From Ruminococcus albus 7 = DSM 20455 (GTDB lineage: Bacteria > Bacillota > Clostridia > Oscillospirales > Ruminococcaceae), in NCBI RefSeq assembly GCF_000179635.2, contig NC_014833.1, positions 3,270,001 to 3,302,000 of the forward strand: DNA of 32,000 nucleotides, given 5' to 3'. A program made the translations under genes and the position numbers. The notes under the pieces are model-generated. The model saw nothing but the letters and a program-made list of their open reading frames with translations. It did no database searches and was not told where the DNA came from. Positions 9,289 through 21,777 of the stretch are shown in pieces. Within the stretch, counting starts at the first letter, position 1; every line of letters starts with the position of its first letter.

Positions 9289-9323
9289 TGATTATTATTT
9301 CATATTATCAAGCCGGGATCCTA

Positions 9324-12914
<3,591 letters not shown>

Positions 12915-13019
12915 CAGCGATACCCCTTCCTTTAGAAGTTAGAAGCCGGGACTGGAGGCACCCTGTGCCTCTCGTCCTGTTTACCAATGCTAATTATTGT
13001 CGTACTAAACGTCTGCTGT

Positions 13020-16000
13020 TTATTCAAACAGATCGTCCTCATCAACGTCACCGGTGTAGCTGTCGTGGAGATAATCCTCATCTCCGTCGTCGCCGTCGCC
13101 GTAGTCGTAATCGTCGCTGCCGCTGCTGCCGTAATCGTCCAGATCACTGCGTTCGAGTTCGGAAGTACCGTCCTCGTCCTCAGCGCCGAAGCCGTCGCCG
13201 AAGTCTTCGCTCTCAGCGGACATCTTGGTATTGTCATCAGCGTAGTGTGTAGGAATGAGATCGTCGTCATCATCAAACTTCTGCTTGAGGTCGATCTCTT
13301 CGTTATTGATGTTGAGCACCTTGATATCAAGGCACAGGGACTGCAGTTCCTTGATAAGTACCTTGAATGCCTCGGGCACGCCGGGGTTAGGAACGTTCTG
13401 ACCCTTAACGATAGCCTCGTAGGTCTTTACACGTCCGTTCAGGTCGTCCGACTTAACGGTCAGTATCTCCTGCAGAGTATAAGCTGCGCCGTAAGCTTCC
13501 AGAGCCCAAACTTCCATCTCACCGAAACGCTGTCCGCCGAACTGAGCCTTACCGCCGAGAGGCTGCTGTGTTACCAGTGAGTAAGGACCAACGGAACGTG
13601 CGTGTATCTTATCGTCAACGAGGTGGTGGAGCTTGAGGTAGTACATATAACCGACAGTAACGCGGTTATCGAACTTCTCACCTGTTCTGCCGTCGTATAC
13701 GGTGAACTTACCGTCCTCGCTCATGCTCAGTGCATTGGGGTTGATGACCTCATCCATGGGATGTATCTCAAATTCATCATCCTTGTGCTCGAGATAGTTC
13801 TGCTGAGCCATCTTGAAGCACTCACGGATATCAGCCTCGTGTGCGCCGTCGAATACAGGGGTCATTATCTTCCAGCCAAGTGCCTTTGCAGCCATACCAA
13901 GATGAACTTCAAGAACCTGACCGATATTCATACGTGAAGGCACGCCCAGGGGGTTCAGACAGATATCCAGAGGAGTACCGTCTTCCAGGAAAGGCATATC
14001 CTCCTGAGGAAGTATACGTGAAACGACACCCTTGTTACCGTGACGACCCGCCATCTTATCGCCGACAGAGATCTTTCTCTTCTGTGCGATGTAGCATCTT
14101 ACCAGCATATTTACTCCGGGAGAAAGCTCATCGCAGTTCTCTCTTGTAAATACTCTTACTTCTATAATAGTACCTGCTTCGCCGTGAGGTACCTTCAGGG
14201 AGTTATCCCTTACTTCTCTTGCCTTTTCACCGAAGATAGCTCTCAGCAGTCTTTCCTCGGCTGTCAGCTCGGTCTCGCCCTTAGGTGTTACCTTACCGAC
14301 GAGGATATCGCCCGAGCGTACCTCGGCACCTATTCTGATGATACCGTTCTCGTCCAGATCCTTCAGAGCGTCATCGCCCACGTTGGGGATATCTCTTGTG
14401 ATCTCCTCGGGTCCGAGCTTGGTATCTCTTGCTTCTGTTTCCAGATCTTCGATATGGATAGAAGTATACTTATCCTGCTTTACAAGGTTCTCGTTCAGCA
14501 GAACGGCGTCCTCGTAGTTGTAACCTTCCCAGGTCATGAAGCCGATCAGTGCGTTCTTACCAAGAGAAAGCTCACCGTTGGATGTAGCGGGACCGTCACC
14601 GATTATCTGATGAGCCTCGATGCGCTCGCCCTTTTCAACGATAGGTCTCTGGTTTGTGCAGGTACCTGCGTTGGATCTCTTGAACTTTGTCAGCTCGTAG
14701 GTGTGCATATTGCCGTCGTCCTCGCGGATAACGATCTTGTCAGCGTCAACGCTCTCAACAACACCTGCCTTGGTGGATACCACTGCAACACCGGAGTCGA
14801 TACAAGCCTTGTACTCCATACCTGTACCAACGATAGGTGACTCTGTCTTCAGCAGCGGCACAGCCTGCCTCTGCATGTTCGATCCCATCAGCGCACGGTT
14901 CGCATCGTCGTTCTCGAGGAACGGGATACAAGCGGTAGCGACTGAAACGACCATCTTAGGAGATACGTCCATGAAGTCGATCTTGCTGTTCTCGATCTCC
15001 AGGATCTGATCTCTGTATCTGCCGTTTACCTTGGGTCTTGCGAACTTGTGGTCTTCTGTCAGGGGCTCGTTAGCCTGAGCTACCATGAAGTTGTCCTCGA
15101 CATCGGCAGTCATGTATACTACCTCGTCGGTAACAACGCCTGTCTCCTTATCAACTCTTCTGTAAGGAGCCTCGATGAAGCCGTACTTGTTTATTCTTGC
15201 GAATGATGCCAGATAGGAGATCAGACCGATGTTAGGTCCTTCAGGTGTCTCGATAGGGCACATTCTGCCGTAGTGTGTGTAGTGAACGTCACGAACCTCG
15301 AATCCGGCTCTGTCTCTCGACAGACCTCCAGGACCCAGGGCGGAAAGTCTTCTCTTGTGAGTCAGCTCAGCAAGAGGGTTGTTCTGATCCATGAACTGTG
15401 ACAGAGGAGATGAACCGAAGAACTCTCTGATAGCCGCAGTGATGGGTCTTATATTTATCAGTGCAGTAGGAGTTATTACCTCGCTGTCCTGCGACTGTAT
15501 ATTCATTCTCTCACGGATAACTCTTTCCATTCTGGTGAAGCCGATGCGGAACTGGTTCTGCAGCAGCTCGCCTACGGAACGGATACGTCTGTTGCCCAGG
15601 TGGTCGATATCGTCTACCTGACCTACGCCGTCGCAGAGGTTGAGGAAATAGGATACAGTAGCCACGATATCATCAATGATGATATGCTTGGGCACCAGGT
15701 CATCAGCCCTGTTCCTGATCTCTTCCTTGATCTCCTCGGGATCGTCGGTGCTTTCCAGTATCTCCTTGAGTACTGCAAAGCTTACCTTCTCGTTGATGCC
15801 GCACTCAGCAGGATCGAAGTCAACATAAGCCTGCAGATCAACCATGCCGCTGCCTATGATCTTGACTTCCTTATCCACCATTCTTGTTATGGTCTCGCCT
15901 GTGGGAGCAGTTTCGTACTCCTTGACCTCAACGGTAACATAAGCTTCCTTTACACCTGCAGTCTCGATCTCCATAGCCTTATCGTAATCGATGAGGTCGC

Positions 16001-16925
16001 CTTCCTCAGCCAGTACCTCGCCTGTCATGGGAGCGATTATGGGTCTTGTGATCTTGTGCCCTACAAGTCTGGAGCCTACGCCCAGCTTCTTGTTATACTT
16101 GTATCTGCCGAAACGTGACAGATCATATCTCTTTGCATCAAAGAACAGGTTGTTCAGATGTGTCTCCGAGGACTCTACCGTGGGGGGCTCGCCCGGACGG
16201 AGCTTCTGGTATACCTGCAGCAGAGCTTCCTCGCGATTAGCGGTCTGATCCTTCTGCATTATGGTCTGGGTCAGTCTTTCGTCAACACCGAAGGTAGCCT
16301 CGATCTCCTCATTCGTACCAAAGCCGAGGGCACGGATGAATGTGGTTATCGGTATCTTTCTGTTCTTATCTATACGGACATAAACGACATCGTTCGAGTC
16401 CATTTCATACTCGAGCCATGCACCTCTGTTAGGTATAACGGTGGTCTTGAACAGATCCTTACCTGTCTTATCCTTATCAAAGGCATAGTAAACACCGGGA
16501 GAACGTACCAGCTGAGATACGATAACACGCTCTGCACCGTTGATAACGAATGTACCGCTGTCGGTCATCTTCGGGAATTCGCCCATGAAGACCTCCGACT
16601 CCTTGATCTCTCCTGTTTCGAGATTGTTCAGTCTTGCAGTAACTCTCAGGGGAACAGCGTACGTTGCATCTCTCGCCTTGCACTCTGCGATCGTGTACTT
16701 TGAATTTTCATCAAAGCGGTATCCCACGAAAGTCAGCTCCAGATTACCGTTGTAATCCGTGATCGACGAAACATCTCTGAAAACCTCCTTGAGTCCCTCG
16801 TCCAGAAACCACTGGTACGAGTTCTTCTGCACCTCGATGAGGTTAGGCATTTCCAGGACTTCGTTGATCTTGGCAAAGCTTTTTCTGGTATTCTTACCAA
16901 GTCTTACGTCCTTGACATTAACCAT
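13020..16925 (-). CDS. rpoB: DNA-directed RNA polymerase subunit beta, with an unusually long acidic C-terminal tail
   Basis: The product is 1301 aa from the ATG at 16925 ([20 protein letters not shown]...). AAGGAGTGAT lies upstream. The GTG at 16937 used by the ORF track abuts the SD sequence and is unlikely to be the start. Conserved RpoB blocks run throughout, for example [17 protein letters not shown] and [14 protein letters not shown]-like sequence near the end. Confidence 0.97.
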   Translation of the reverse strand: MVNVKDVRLGKNTRKSFAKINEVLEMPNLIEVQKNSYQWFLDEGLKEVFRDVSSITDYNGNLELTFVGYRFDENSKYTIAECKARDATYAVPLRVTARLNNLETGEIKESEVFMGEFPKMTDSGTFVINGAERVIVSQLVRSPGVYYAFDKDKTGKDLFKTTVIPNRGAWLEYEMDSNDVVYVRIDKNRKIPITTFIRALGFGTNEEIEATFGVDERLTQTIMQKDQTANREEALLQVYQKLRPGEPPTVESSETHLNNLFFDAKRYDLSRFGRYKYNKKLGVGSRLVGHKITRPIIAPMTGEVLAEEGDLIDYDKAMEIETAGVKEAYVTVEVKEYETAPTGETITRMVDKEVKIIGSGMVDLQAYVDFDPAECGINEKVSFAVLKEILESTDDPEEIKEEIRNRADDLVPKHIIIDDIVATVSYFLNLCDGVGQVDDIDHLGNRRIRSVGELLQNQFRIGFTRMERVIRERMNIQSQDSEVITPTALINIRPITAAIREFFGSSPLSQFMDQNNPLAELTHKRRLSALGPGGLSRDRAGFEVRDVHYTHYGRMCPIETPEGPNIGLISYLASFARINKYGFIEAPYRRVDKETGVVTDEVVYMTADVEDNFMVAQANEPLTEDHKFARPKVNGRYRDQILEIENSKIDFMDVSPKMVVSVATACIPFLENDDANRALMGSNMQRQAVPLLKTESPIVGTGMEYKACIDSGVAVVSTKAGVVESVDADKIVIREDDGNMHTYELTKFKRSNAGTCTNQRPIVEKGERIEAHQIIGDGPATSNGELSLGKNALIGFMTWEGYNYEDAVLLNENLVKQDKYTSIHIEDLETEARDTKLGPEEITRDIPNVGDDALKDLDENGIIRIGAEVRSGDILVGKVTPKGETELTAEERLLRAIFGEKAREVRDNSLKVPHGEAGTIIEVRVFTRENCDELSPGVNMLVRCYIAQKRKISVGDKMAGRHGNKGVVSRILPQEDMPFLEDGTPLDICLNPLGVPSRMNIGQVLEVHLGMAAKALGWKIMTPVFDGAHEADIRECFKMAQQNYLEHKDDEFEIHPMDEVINPNALSMSEDGKFTVYDGRTGEKFDNRVTVGYMYYLKLHHLVDDKIHARSVGPYSLVTQQPLGGKAQFGGQRFGEMEVWALEAYGAAYTLQEILTVKSDDLNGRVKTYEAIVKGQNVPNPGVPEAFKVLIKELQSLCLDIKVLNINNEEIDLKQKFDDDDDLIPTHYADDNTKMSAESEDFGDGFGAEDEDGTSELERSDLDDYGSSGSDDYDYGDGDDGDEDYLHDSYTGDVDEDDLFE

Positions 16926-17100
16926 AGACTCGATCACTCCTTAATTTATTTTGAAACCTTTGTGAACGTTTTGCGAACAAGCACTTTTCCGCCCTCTTGA
17001 CAAAGGTCGGTCAGGTGCCTCACAAGCATGGACTTCAGCCTGTTTTCGCACTTTCAGGGCGTTCACACGGGCGTAAAGTTCCATTATGATACAGTATAAA

Positions 17101-17129
17101 ATTATATCACAGACTCCGTCCCTTGTCAA
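17101..17129 (-). promoter_or_regulatory. Sigma-A promoter of rpoB-rpoC
   Basis: The minus strand reads TTGACA (17124-17129), a 17-nt spacer, then TATAAT (17101-17106). This implies a ~170-nt 5' UTR. Confidence 0.7.
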
Positions 17130-17804
17130 GCCTTTTCCATTGACTGCACCCCTCATTTACCCATTTTCGCCGCTTTTAACAAAAACCAATGTCATGCGGG
17201 GCTGAAAGTTTTACAATGACCATTCATAAGATATTCCGTAAATTTTTTATGAACAAGAGCCATCCCATCAAAGTACGTCAGGCAATACCCACGTACCCAA
17301 AAATACAAAGGCATACGGTCGTATAGTTTTCAGCTGTGATTTTTCCCTTTTCCCCCATGATTTTTATGGCGACTCACCGCTCATCACAATTGTCATTATT
17401 TTCCATTTTTGTTGTGTTACTGCCTATATCCAAACCTCTGATATTGTGCAAACAACTGTTTTTAAATTTAACTCGGACATATTTCTGCAAGAGTTGTACA
17501 AAAACGTACAACTTTTCGACCCAAATCACTGATAGTAGAAAGACATAATTTTTTTCTAAGCATGGCAAACATCCCGAATCCACCGCCGACACAGTCGTGG
17601 TTAGGGTTCGGACGTGGTGGTATGGGGGCACGGTGACTGCGTCGACCGTTACCCCGTTTGAAATAATATTTTATAGCAAAAGTTATTAAGAACAAAGAAT
17701 AGATCCCACTTATGCGCACGATGGCAGGCAGTCGCCGACTATTACTACGGGATATGAGGCGGCGTGTTATACTGTATAAGAGGGAAACACCACCGACCCC
17801 CACG

Positions 17805-17836
17805 GCAAAAAACAGCCCCGAAGCGCACTTCGGGGC
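17805..17836 (-). terminator. Rho-independent terminator of the comM-containing operon
   Basis: GCCCCGAAG (17815-17823) pairs with CTTCGGGGC (17828-17836). On the minus strand the stem is followed by UUUUUU (plus-strand A-run 17807-17812). It sits ~40 nt downstream of the stop at 17875. Confidence 0.85.
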
Positions 17837-17874
17837 ATAGTCCACATTTTACATTATTCTGATCTGATGACACA

Positions 17875-18438
17875 TCAAAGAAAGATCTCATGAAGTCTGA
17901 ATATCACGAAATCACCCACTTCCAGCGTAAGCGGAGGGTGTGTCTTTTCAAACCGTTCTCTTTCAGCGATATATTCTTCTATCTCTTCTCTCGTCTGAAA
18001 AAGACCGTACTGATTAAGCTTGAACTGCGGGAACACAAAAGGTATCTCATTATAAACCGCCGAATAATTATCCCCCGATGAATAGGCGTAGTCGTATCCA
18101 AGAAACACCTTTTCAACGTCGGGACACTCAAACCTCGGACGCGGTATGTCCGTTTCAGCCAGAAGCAGTCTGTATCTTATGTTTCGCTTTTCTGCTTCTT
18201 TTACGTATTTATATATATACTCCATATCATTGCAGGCAGCCACCCAATAATGATCGGGTATGTTATAAGTCATACCGATATCGATATGTTCATCATAGTA
18301 TCCTTCAAAACTTTTGTCCGCATCTTCAACATAGTTCAGGAACCAGTTCTGCGCCGAATCCTTGCTGTAACCGCTGCCGTCCACGCCCTTGTAAGGATTA
18401 TCCGTATATTCCTGAACGATAATTCCGTTTACTGTCAT
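17875..18438 (-). CDS. Hypothetical cytoplasmic protein of 187 aa, with no family recognised
   Basis: The ORF is in the same orientation as comM and immediately downstream of it, with a 7-nt gap if the ATG at 18438 is used. Its composition is protein-like and rich in Y, E and D. The track's longer form starts at a TTG at 18471. Start choice is uncertain. Confidence 0.6.
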   Translation of the reverse strand: MTVNGIIVQEYTDNPYKGVDGSGYSKDSAQNWFLNYVEDADKSFEGYYDEHIDIGMTYNIPDHYWVAACNDMEYIYKYVKEAEKRNIRYRLLLAETDIPRPRFECPDVEKVFLGYDYAYSSGDNYSAVYNEIPFVFPQFKLNQYGLFQTREEIEEYIAERERFEKTHPPLTLEVGDFVIFRLHEIFL

Positions 18439-18445
18439 TTCTCTT

Positions 18446-19975
18446 TCACTCGTTCCAGTATTTCCTGTCAAGACTTCTGTACATCACCGTCTGCATCACA
18501 TGGGCTTCGGTTATCATTTCGCTGTTATCCATATCAGCAACCGTCCGCGATACTTTCATCATCTTGTCGTAAGCGCGTCCCGAAAGCCCAAGGTCATCAA
18601 ACACCCTGCCGAGGGTATTGCGTGCTTCATCGGTCATCCGACAGTACTCATGAAGTCTGTCGGGAGTTATCCTCGCATTGCAGGTTATTGAAGTCCCCTC
18701 GAATCTCGCCGTCTGTATATCACTTGCTTTCTGCACTCTCTCCCTTATCTCCGCCGAGGATTCCTCTTTCTGGGTCGATGACAGATCACCGTACTCAACG
18801 GGCTCGACTTCTATATGCACATCAAATCTGTCCAGCAGAGGCCCGCTTATCTTGTTGAGATAGTTCACCACCTGCTTGTGTGAACATATGCACTTTCGCG
18901 TGGGATGTCCGTAGTATCCGCATGGACATGGGTTCATGGCACCTATCAGCATGAATGAACAAGGATAGGTTATAGCGCCCGATGCGCGGGATATGGTCAC
19001 CTGACGGTCTTCTATTGGCTGACGCAGTATCTCCAGGGATGCACGGGAGAATTCTGCCATTTCATCAAGGAACAGCAGACCGTTATGTGCAAGGGATATC
19101 TCACCTGGCTTAGGCACACTTCCGCCCCCTGCAAGACCTGCCGTGGACACCGTATGGTGAGGCGAGCGGAAAGGTCTTACCGTGATGAGTGGAGAATCCT
19201 TGTCGATATGTCCTGCCACTGAATGTATCTTGGTGGTCTCAATGGATTCCTCGAATGTCATGGCAGGGAGTATGGAAGGCATACGCTTTGAAAGCATGGA
19301 TTTACCCGAACCGGGAGAACCCACCATAAGCACGTTATGACCTCCTGCCGCCGCCACCTCCAGCGCCCTCTTTGCAAAGCCCTGTCCGCGTACATCTGCA
19401 AAGTCAAGAGCGCCGAAATAGCTGACTTTTTCGGGCTTATACGGCTGTGCGGGAACTATCTCGGCTTTTCCTGCAAGATGATACACAAGCTCACCCAGCG
19501 AACCCACACCCATGCAGTCGATACCCTCTATCACCGAGGCTTCGCGCAGATTATCCAGCGGCACGAATATCCTTTTGATGCCGTTCTCACGCGCCATTAT
19601 GACCATAGGCAGAACGCCCTGTACAGAACGTATCTCGCCATTGAGGGCTACCTCGCCTATGAACACGGAATCACGCATATACTCATCATTCGATATGCCC
19701 ATTATCCTCAGTACTGCCACGGCTATTGCAAGGTCATGTACAGCACCCGTCTTTTTCACATCGGCAGGCGCAAGGTTCACCAGCACCCTCGCCTGCGGAA
19801 AATTTATGCCGCTGCTGCGGAAAGCCGAACGTATCCTCTCTCGGCTCTCCTTTACGGAGATATCCGCCATACCCACTATATCGAAGCTTTCAAGCCCCTC
19901 GGAGCTCTCTATCTCCACAGTGACGTCAAAGGCATTCAGCCCCAGCAGACCAAGGCTGTTTATACGCGCATACAT
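18446..19975 (-). CDS. comM: Mg-chelatase-like AAA+ ATPase, YifB/ComM family
   Basis: The 509-aa product has an N-terminal Lon-protease-like domain (MYARINSLGLLGLNAFDVTVEIE...). Its Walker A motif is MVGSPGSGKSMLSKR, and its Walker B region is LFLDEMAEF. The C-terminus carries a C-x-C-x-n-C motif (NPCPCGYYGHPTRKCIC) typical of this family. Confidence 0.85.
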   Translation of the reverse strand: MYARINSLGLLGLNAFDVTVEIESSEGLESFDIVGMADISVKESRERIRSAFRSSGINFPQARVLVNLAPADVKKTGAVHDLAIAVAVLRIMGISNDEYMRDSVFIGEVALNGEIRSVQGVLPMVIMARENGIKRIFVPLDNLREASVIEGIDCMGVGSLGELVYHLAGKAEIVPAQPYKPEKVSYFGALDFADVRGQGFAKRALEVAAAGGHNVLMVGSPGSGKSMLSKRMPSILPAMTFEESIETTKIHSVAGHIDKDSPLITVRPFRSPHHTVSTAGLAGGGSVPKPGEISLAHNGLLFLDEMAEFSRASLEILRQPIEDRQVTISRASGAITYPCSFMLIGAMNPCPCGYYGHPTRKCICSHKQVVNYLNKISGPLLDRFDVHIEVEPVEYGDLSSTQKEESSAEIRERVQKASDIQTARFEGTSITCNARITPDRLHEYCRMTDEARNTLGRVFDDLGLSGRAYDKMMKVSRTVADMDNSEMITEAHVMQTVMYRSLDRKYWNE

Positions 19976-20979
19976 CAGCTTCTGCCCTCTGCCTCAGCGG
20001 ACAGCACGCCCTCATAGAAGTCAAGTATATCCCTGTAAACTTCCTCCCTGTTGAGTTCGTTTATCAGCTCGTGTCTTGCACCGTTGTATATCTTCATCTC
20101 AACATCGCAGTCATACAGCCGGAGCTTGTTGTAGACCTTCAGCACTCCCCTGCCGCAGTCCCCCACAGGGTCCTTGCTGCCCGATATGATATACGTGGGC
20201 AGTTCCTTCGGGTATACCTCGAACCACTTATTGCGGTTTACATAGTAGTTCACCCCAAGCAGATTCAGGAAGCCGTTGACAGTGAAGCTGAAATTGCAGT
20301 ATGGGTCAGCCGAGTATTTTCTGACCTCCTCCGCATCACGGTTGAGCCAGCCTCCGCCGTCTCTGCCCGACTTTGAATTGTACAGACCGTACTTTCCGAA
20401 CATCGCCTTATCGGTAAGGGGCGGTCTGAACCTGCTGCCCTTCACCTTTTCGATGCCCTGCAGATACAGCATCAGCTGTGACTCCGTACCCAGCAGTGCA
20501 CCTGTGCCGCTGTAGATAATGCCGTCCAGTTCACCGGGATAAGCTGTGACATAAGCCCTGCCCATAAGACTGCCCATGCTGTGTGCGAACATGAAATAGG
20601 GTATGCCCTGGTACTCTTTCTTTATTATACGTGTAAGGCGGTGCATATCAGCCACACAGTGCTGCCAGCCGTCGCGCTCACTGATAAAGCCGCGCTCCTC
20701 GTTCTCATTCGGGTCTATGACACCGTCCTTTTCCTCGGCAAGCTTGGCAGCTGTCATGCCGTGTCCGAGATGGTCGTTGCCCACCACAAGGTAGCCGTTG
20801 TCATTGAGAAGTCTTGCAAACTCACGATAACGGCGCACATACTCACACATACCGTGAACGATCTGTATCACCGCTTTCGGCTGAATATCCTTTTTGGTGT
20901 ATATCTCATAGTATATCTTCTTGCCCTTGTCACTTGAAGGGAAATATCTTTTTTCGGTAATGTATTCACTGTTTGACAT
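19975..20979 (-). CDS. Alpha/beta hydrolase (lysophospholipase / monoacylglycerol lipase-like)
   Basis: The 334-aa product has an HG oxyanion motif (VIQIVHGMCEY) and a nucleophile elbow (FAHSMGS, GxSxG type). GGAGG lies 8 nt upstream of the ATG at 20979. Its stop overlaps the comM ATG by one base (TGATG). Confidence 0.8.
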   Translation of the reverse strand: MSNSEYITEKRYFPSSDKGKKIYYEIYTKKDIQPKAVIQIVHGMCEYVRRYREFARLLNDNGYLVVGNDHLGHGMTAAKLAEEKDGVIDPNENEERGFISERDGWQHCVADMHRLTRIIKKEYQGIPYFMFAHSMGSLMGRAYVTAYPGELDGIIYSGTGALLGTESQLMLYLQGIEKVKGSRFRPPLTDKAMFGKYGLYNSKSGRDGGGWLNRDAEEVRKYSADPYCNFSFTVNGFLNLLGVNYYVNRNKWFEVYPKELPTYIISGSKDPVGDCGRGVLKVYNKLRLYDCDVEMKIYNGARHELINELNREEVYRDILDFYEGVLSAEAEGRS

Positions 20980-21009
20980 AGTCTGTACCTCCTTTGATAC
21001 TCGTTTTAT

Positions 21010-21513
21010 CTATAGGTATCCGTGTTCGATGACTGTCCACGGAGAGCTTTCACTGTCCCTGACGACCACCGCCCGAACGTATTCCCGGCAGTGTATGCCG
21101 ATGTTTGCGCCCTCACAGCCGTAGTTGTATTCTGTAAATCCCAGCACCATGCGGCAGTTGTCGGGATATCCGGGGTATTCTGCTTCGATATAGTCCTGAG
21201 ATCCGATATCGTATTCCACATCGAGTACTGTGAACTTACAGCTGTTTATATATTCCGCCAGTTCATCTGCCGCCGATTTCTTATCTTCTTCGGTGAACCA
21301 AGAGGGTACATCCCCCTTGATCTCCAAGCCTTCAACGATACTTCCCGGCATGACCCCGATATCACGATAGGTCCTGATACTATCTGTCAAATCGATAACA
21401 AGTGCGATTATCAGCGTAAGTATTATCGGCGATAAAGTTATCGCAAACATGGCTATCCACCGGCGCAAAGGCGCTTTTTCGGCTTTGTCCGATCTATCTG
21501 CCTTGTGTTTCAT
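21010..21513 (-). CDS. Hypothetical membrane-anchored protein of 167 aa with one N-terminal TM helix
   Basis: The ATG at 21513 is preceded by AAGGAG 8 nt upstream. The track's start at 21543 would lie only ~8 nt from the predicted transcription start. The TM segment is WIAMFAITLSPIILTLIIALVI. Confidence 0.6.
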   Translation of the reverse strand: MKHKADRSDKAEKAPLRRWIAMFAITLSPIILTLIIALVIDLTDSIRTYRDIGVMPGSIVEGLEIKGDVPSWFTEEDKKSAADELAEYINSCKFTVLDVEYDIGSQDYIEAEYPGYPDNCRMVLGFTEYNYGCEGANIGIHCREYVRAVVVRDSESSPWTVIEHGYL

Positions 21514-21557
21514 ACCGTTTTCTCCTTCTGCTTTACGGATCATCTTATATGAGCTTT

Positions 21558-21586
21558 ATTATACCACAAAAGTTTCCAATAATCAA
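21558..21586 (-). promoter_or_regulatory. Sigma-A promoter of the four-gene operon running from 21513 down to 17875
   Basis: The minus strand reads TTGATT (21581-21586), a 17-nt spacer, then TATAAT (21558-21563). Confidence 0.6.
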
Positions 21587-21669
21587 GTCAGATATAAACA
21601 AAAATTTGTCTATATTTCAAAAAACTCGGAAGTAATCGATTTTATATTGTTAAAAAATTTCTTTTCCCC

Positions 21670-21697
21670 TTGATAATATTTTTAATTATGGTATAAT
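21670..21697 (+). promoter_or_regulatory. Sigma-A promoter (extended -10) of the phosphoglucomutase gene
   Basis: The plus strand reads TTGATA (21670-21675), a 16-nt spacer ending in TGg, then TATAAT (21692-21697). It is divergent from the promoter at 21558-21586. Confidence 0.6.
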
Positions 21698-21777
21698 GTA
21701 ATATAGTAATGCAGATATCCGGACATTGACGAACATAATTCCGCAGGGCGGAACAAATTTCTGATGAGGTGATGAAA

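Noticed and set aside
12932-13580. ORFs overlapping the 3' end of rpoB (12932-13330 minus, 12965-13252 plus, 12987-13580 plus), including an Arg-rich peptide ([17 protein letters not shown]).
   Set aside because: They are alternative-frame or antisense readings of the low-complexity GAC/GGC-repeat DNA that encodes the acidic RpoB tail, so they are artefacts of that repeat.
17336-17845. ORFs in the gap upstream of rpoB (17336-17548 plus, 17374-17631 minus, 17468-17845 minus), and 16941-17156 minus in the rpoB leader.
   Set aside because: They have no RBS and implausible composition. One spans the rho-independent terminator at 17805-17836, and another covers the rpoB promoter and leader. The region is treated as non-coding (see finding).
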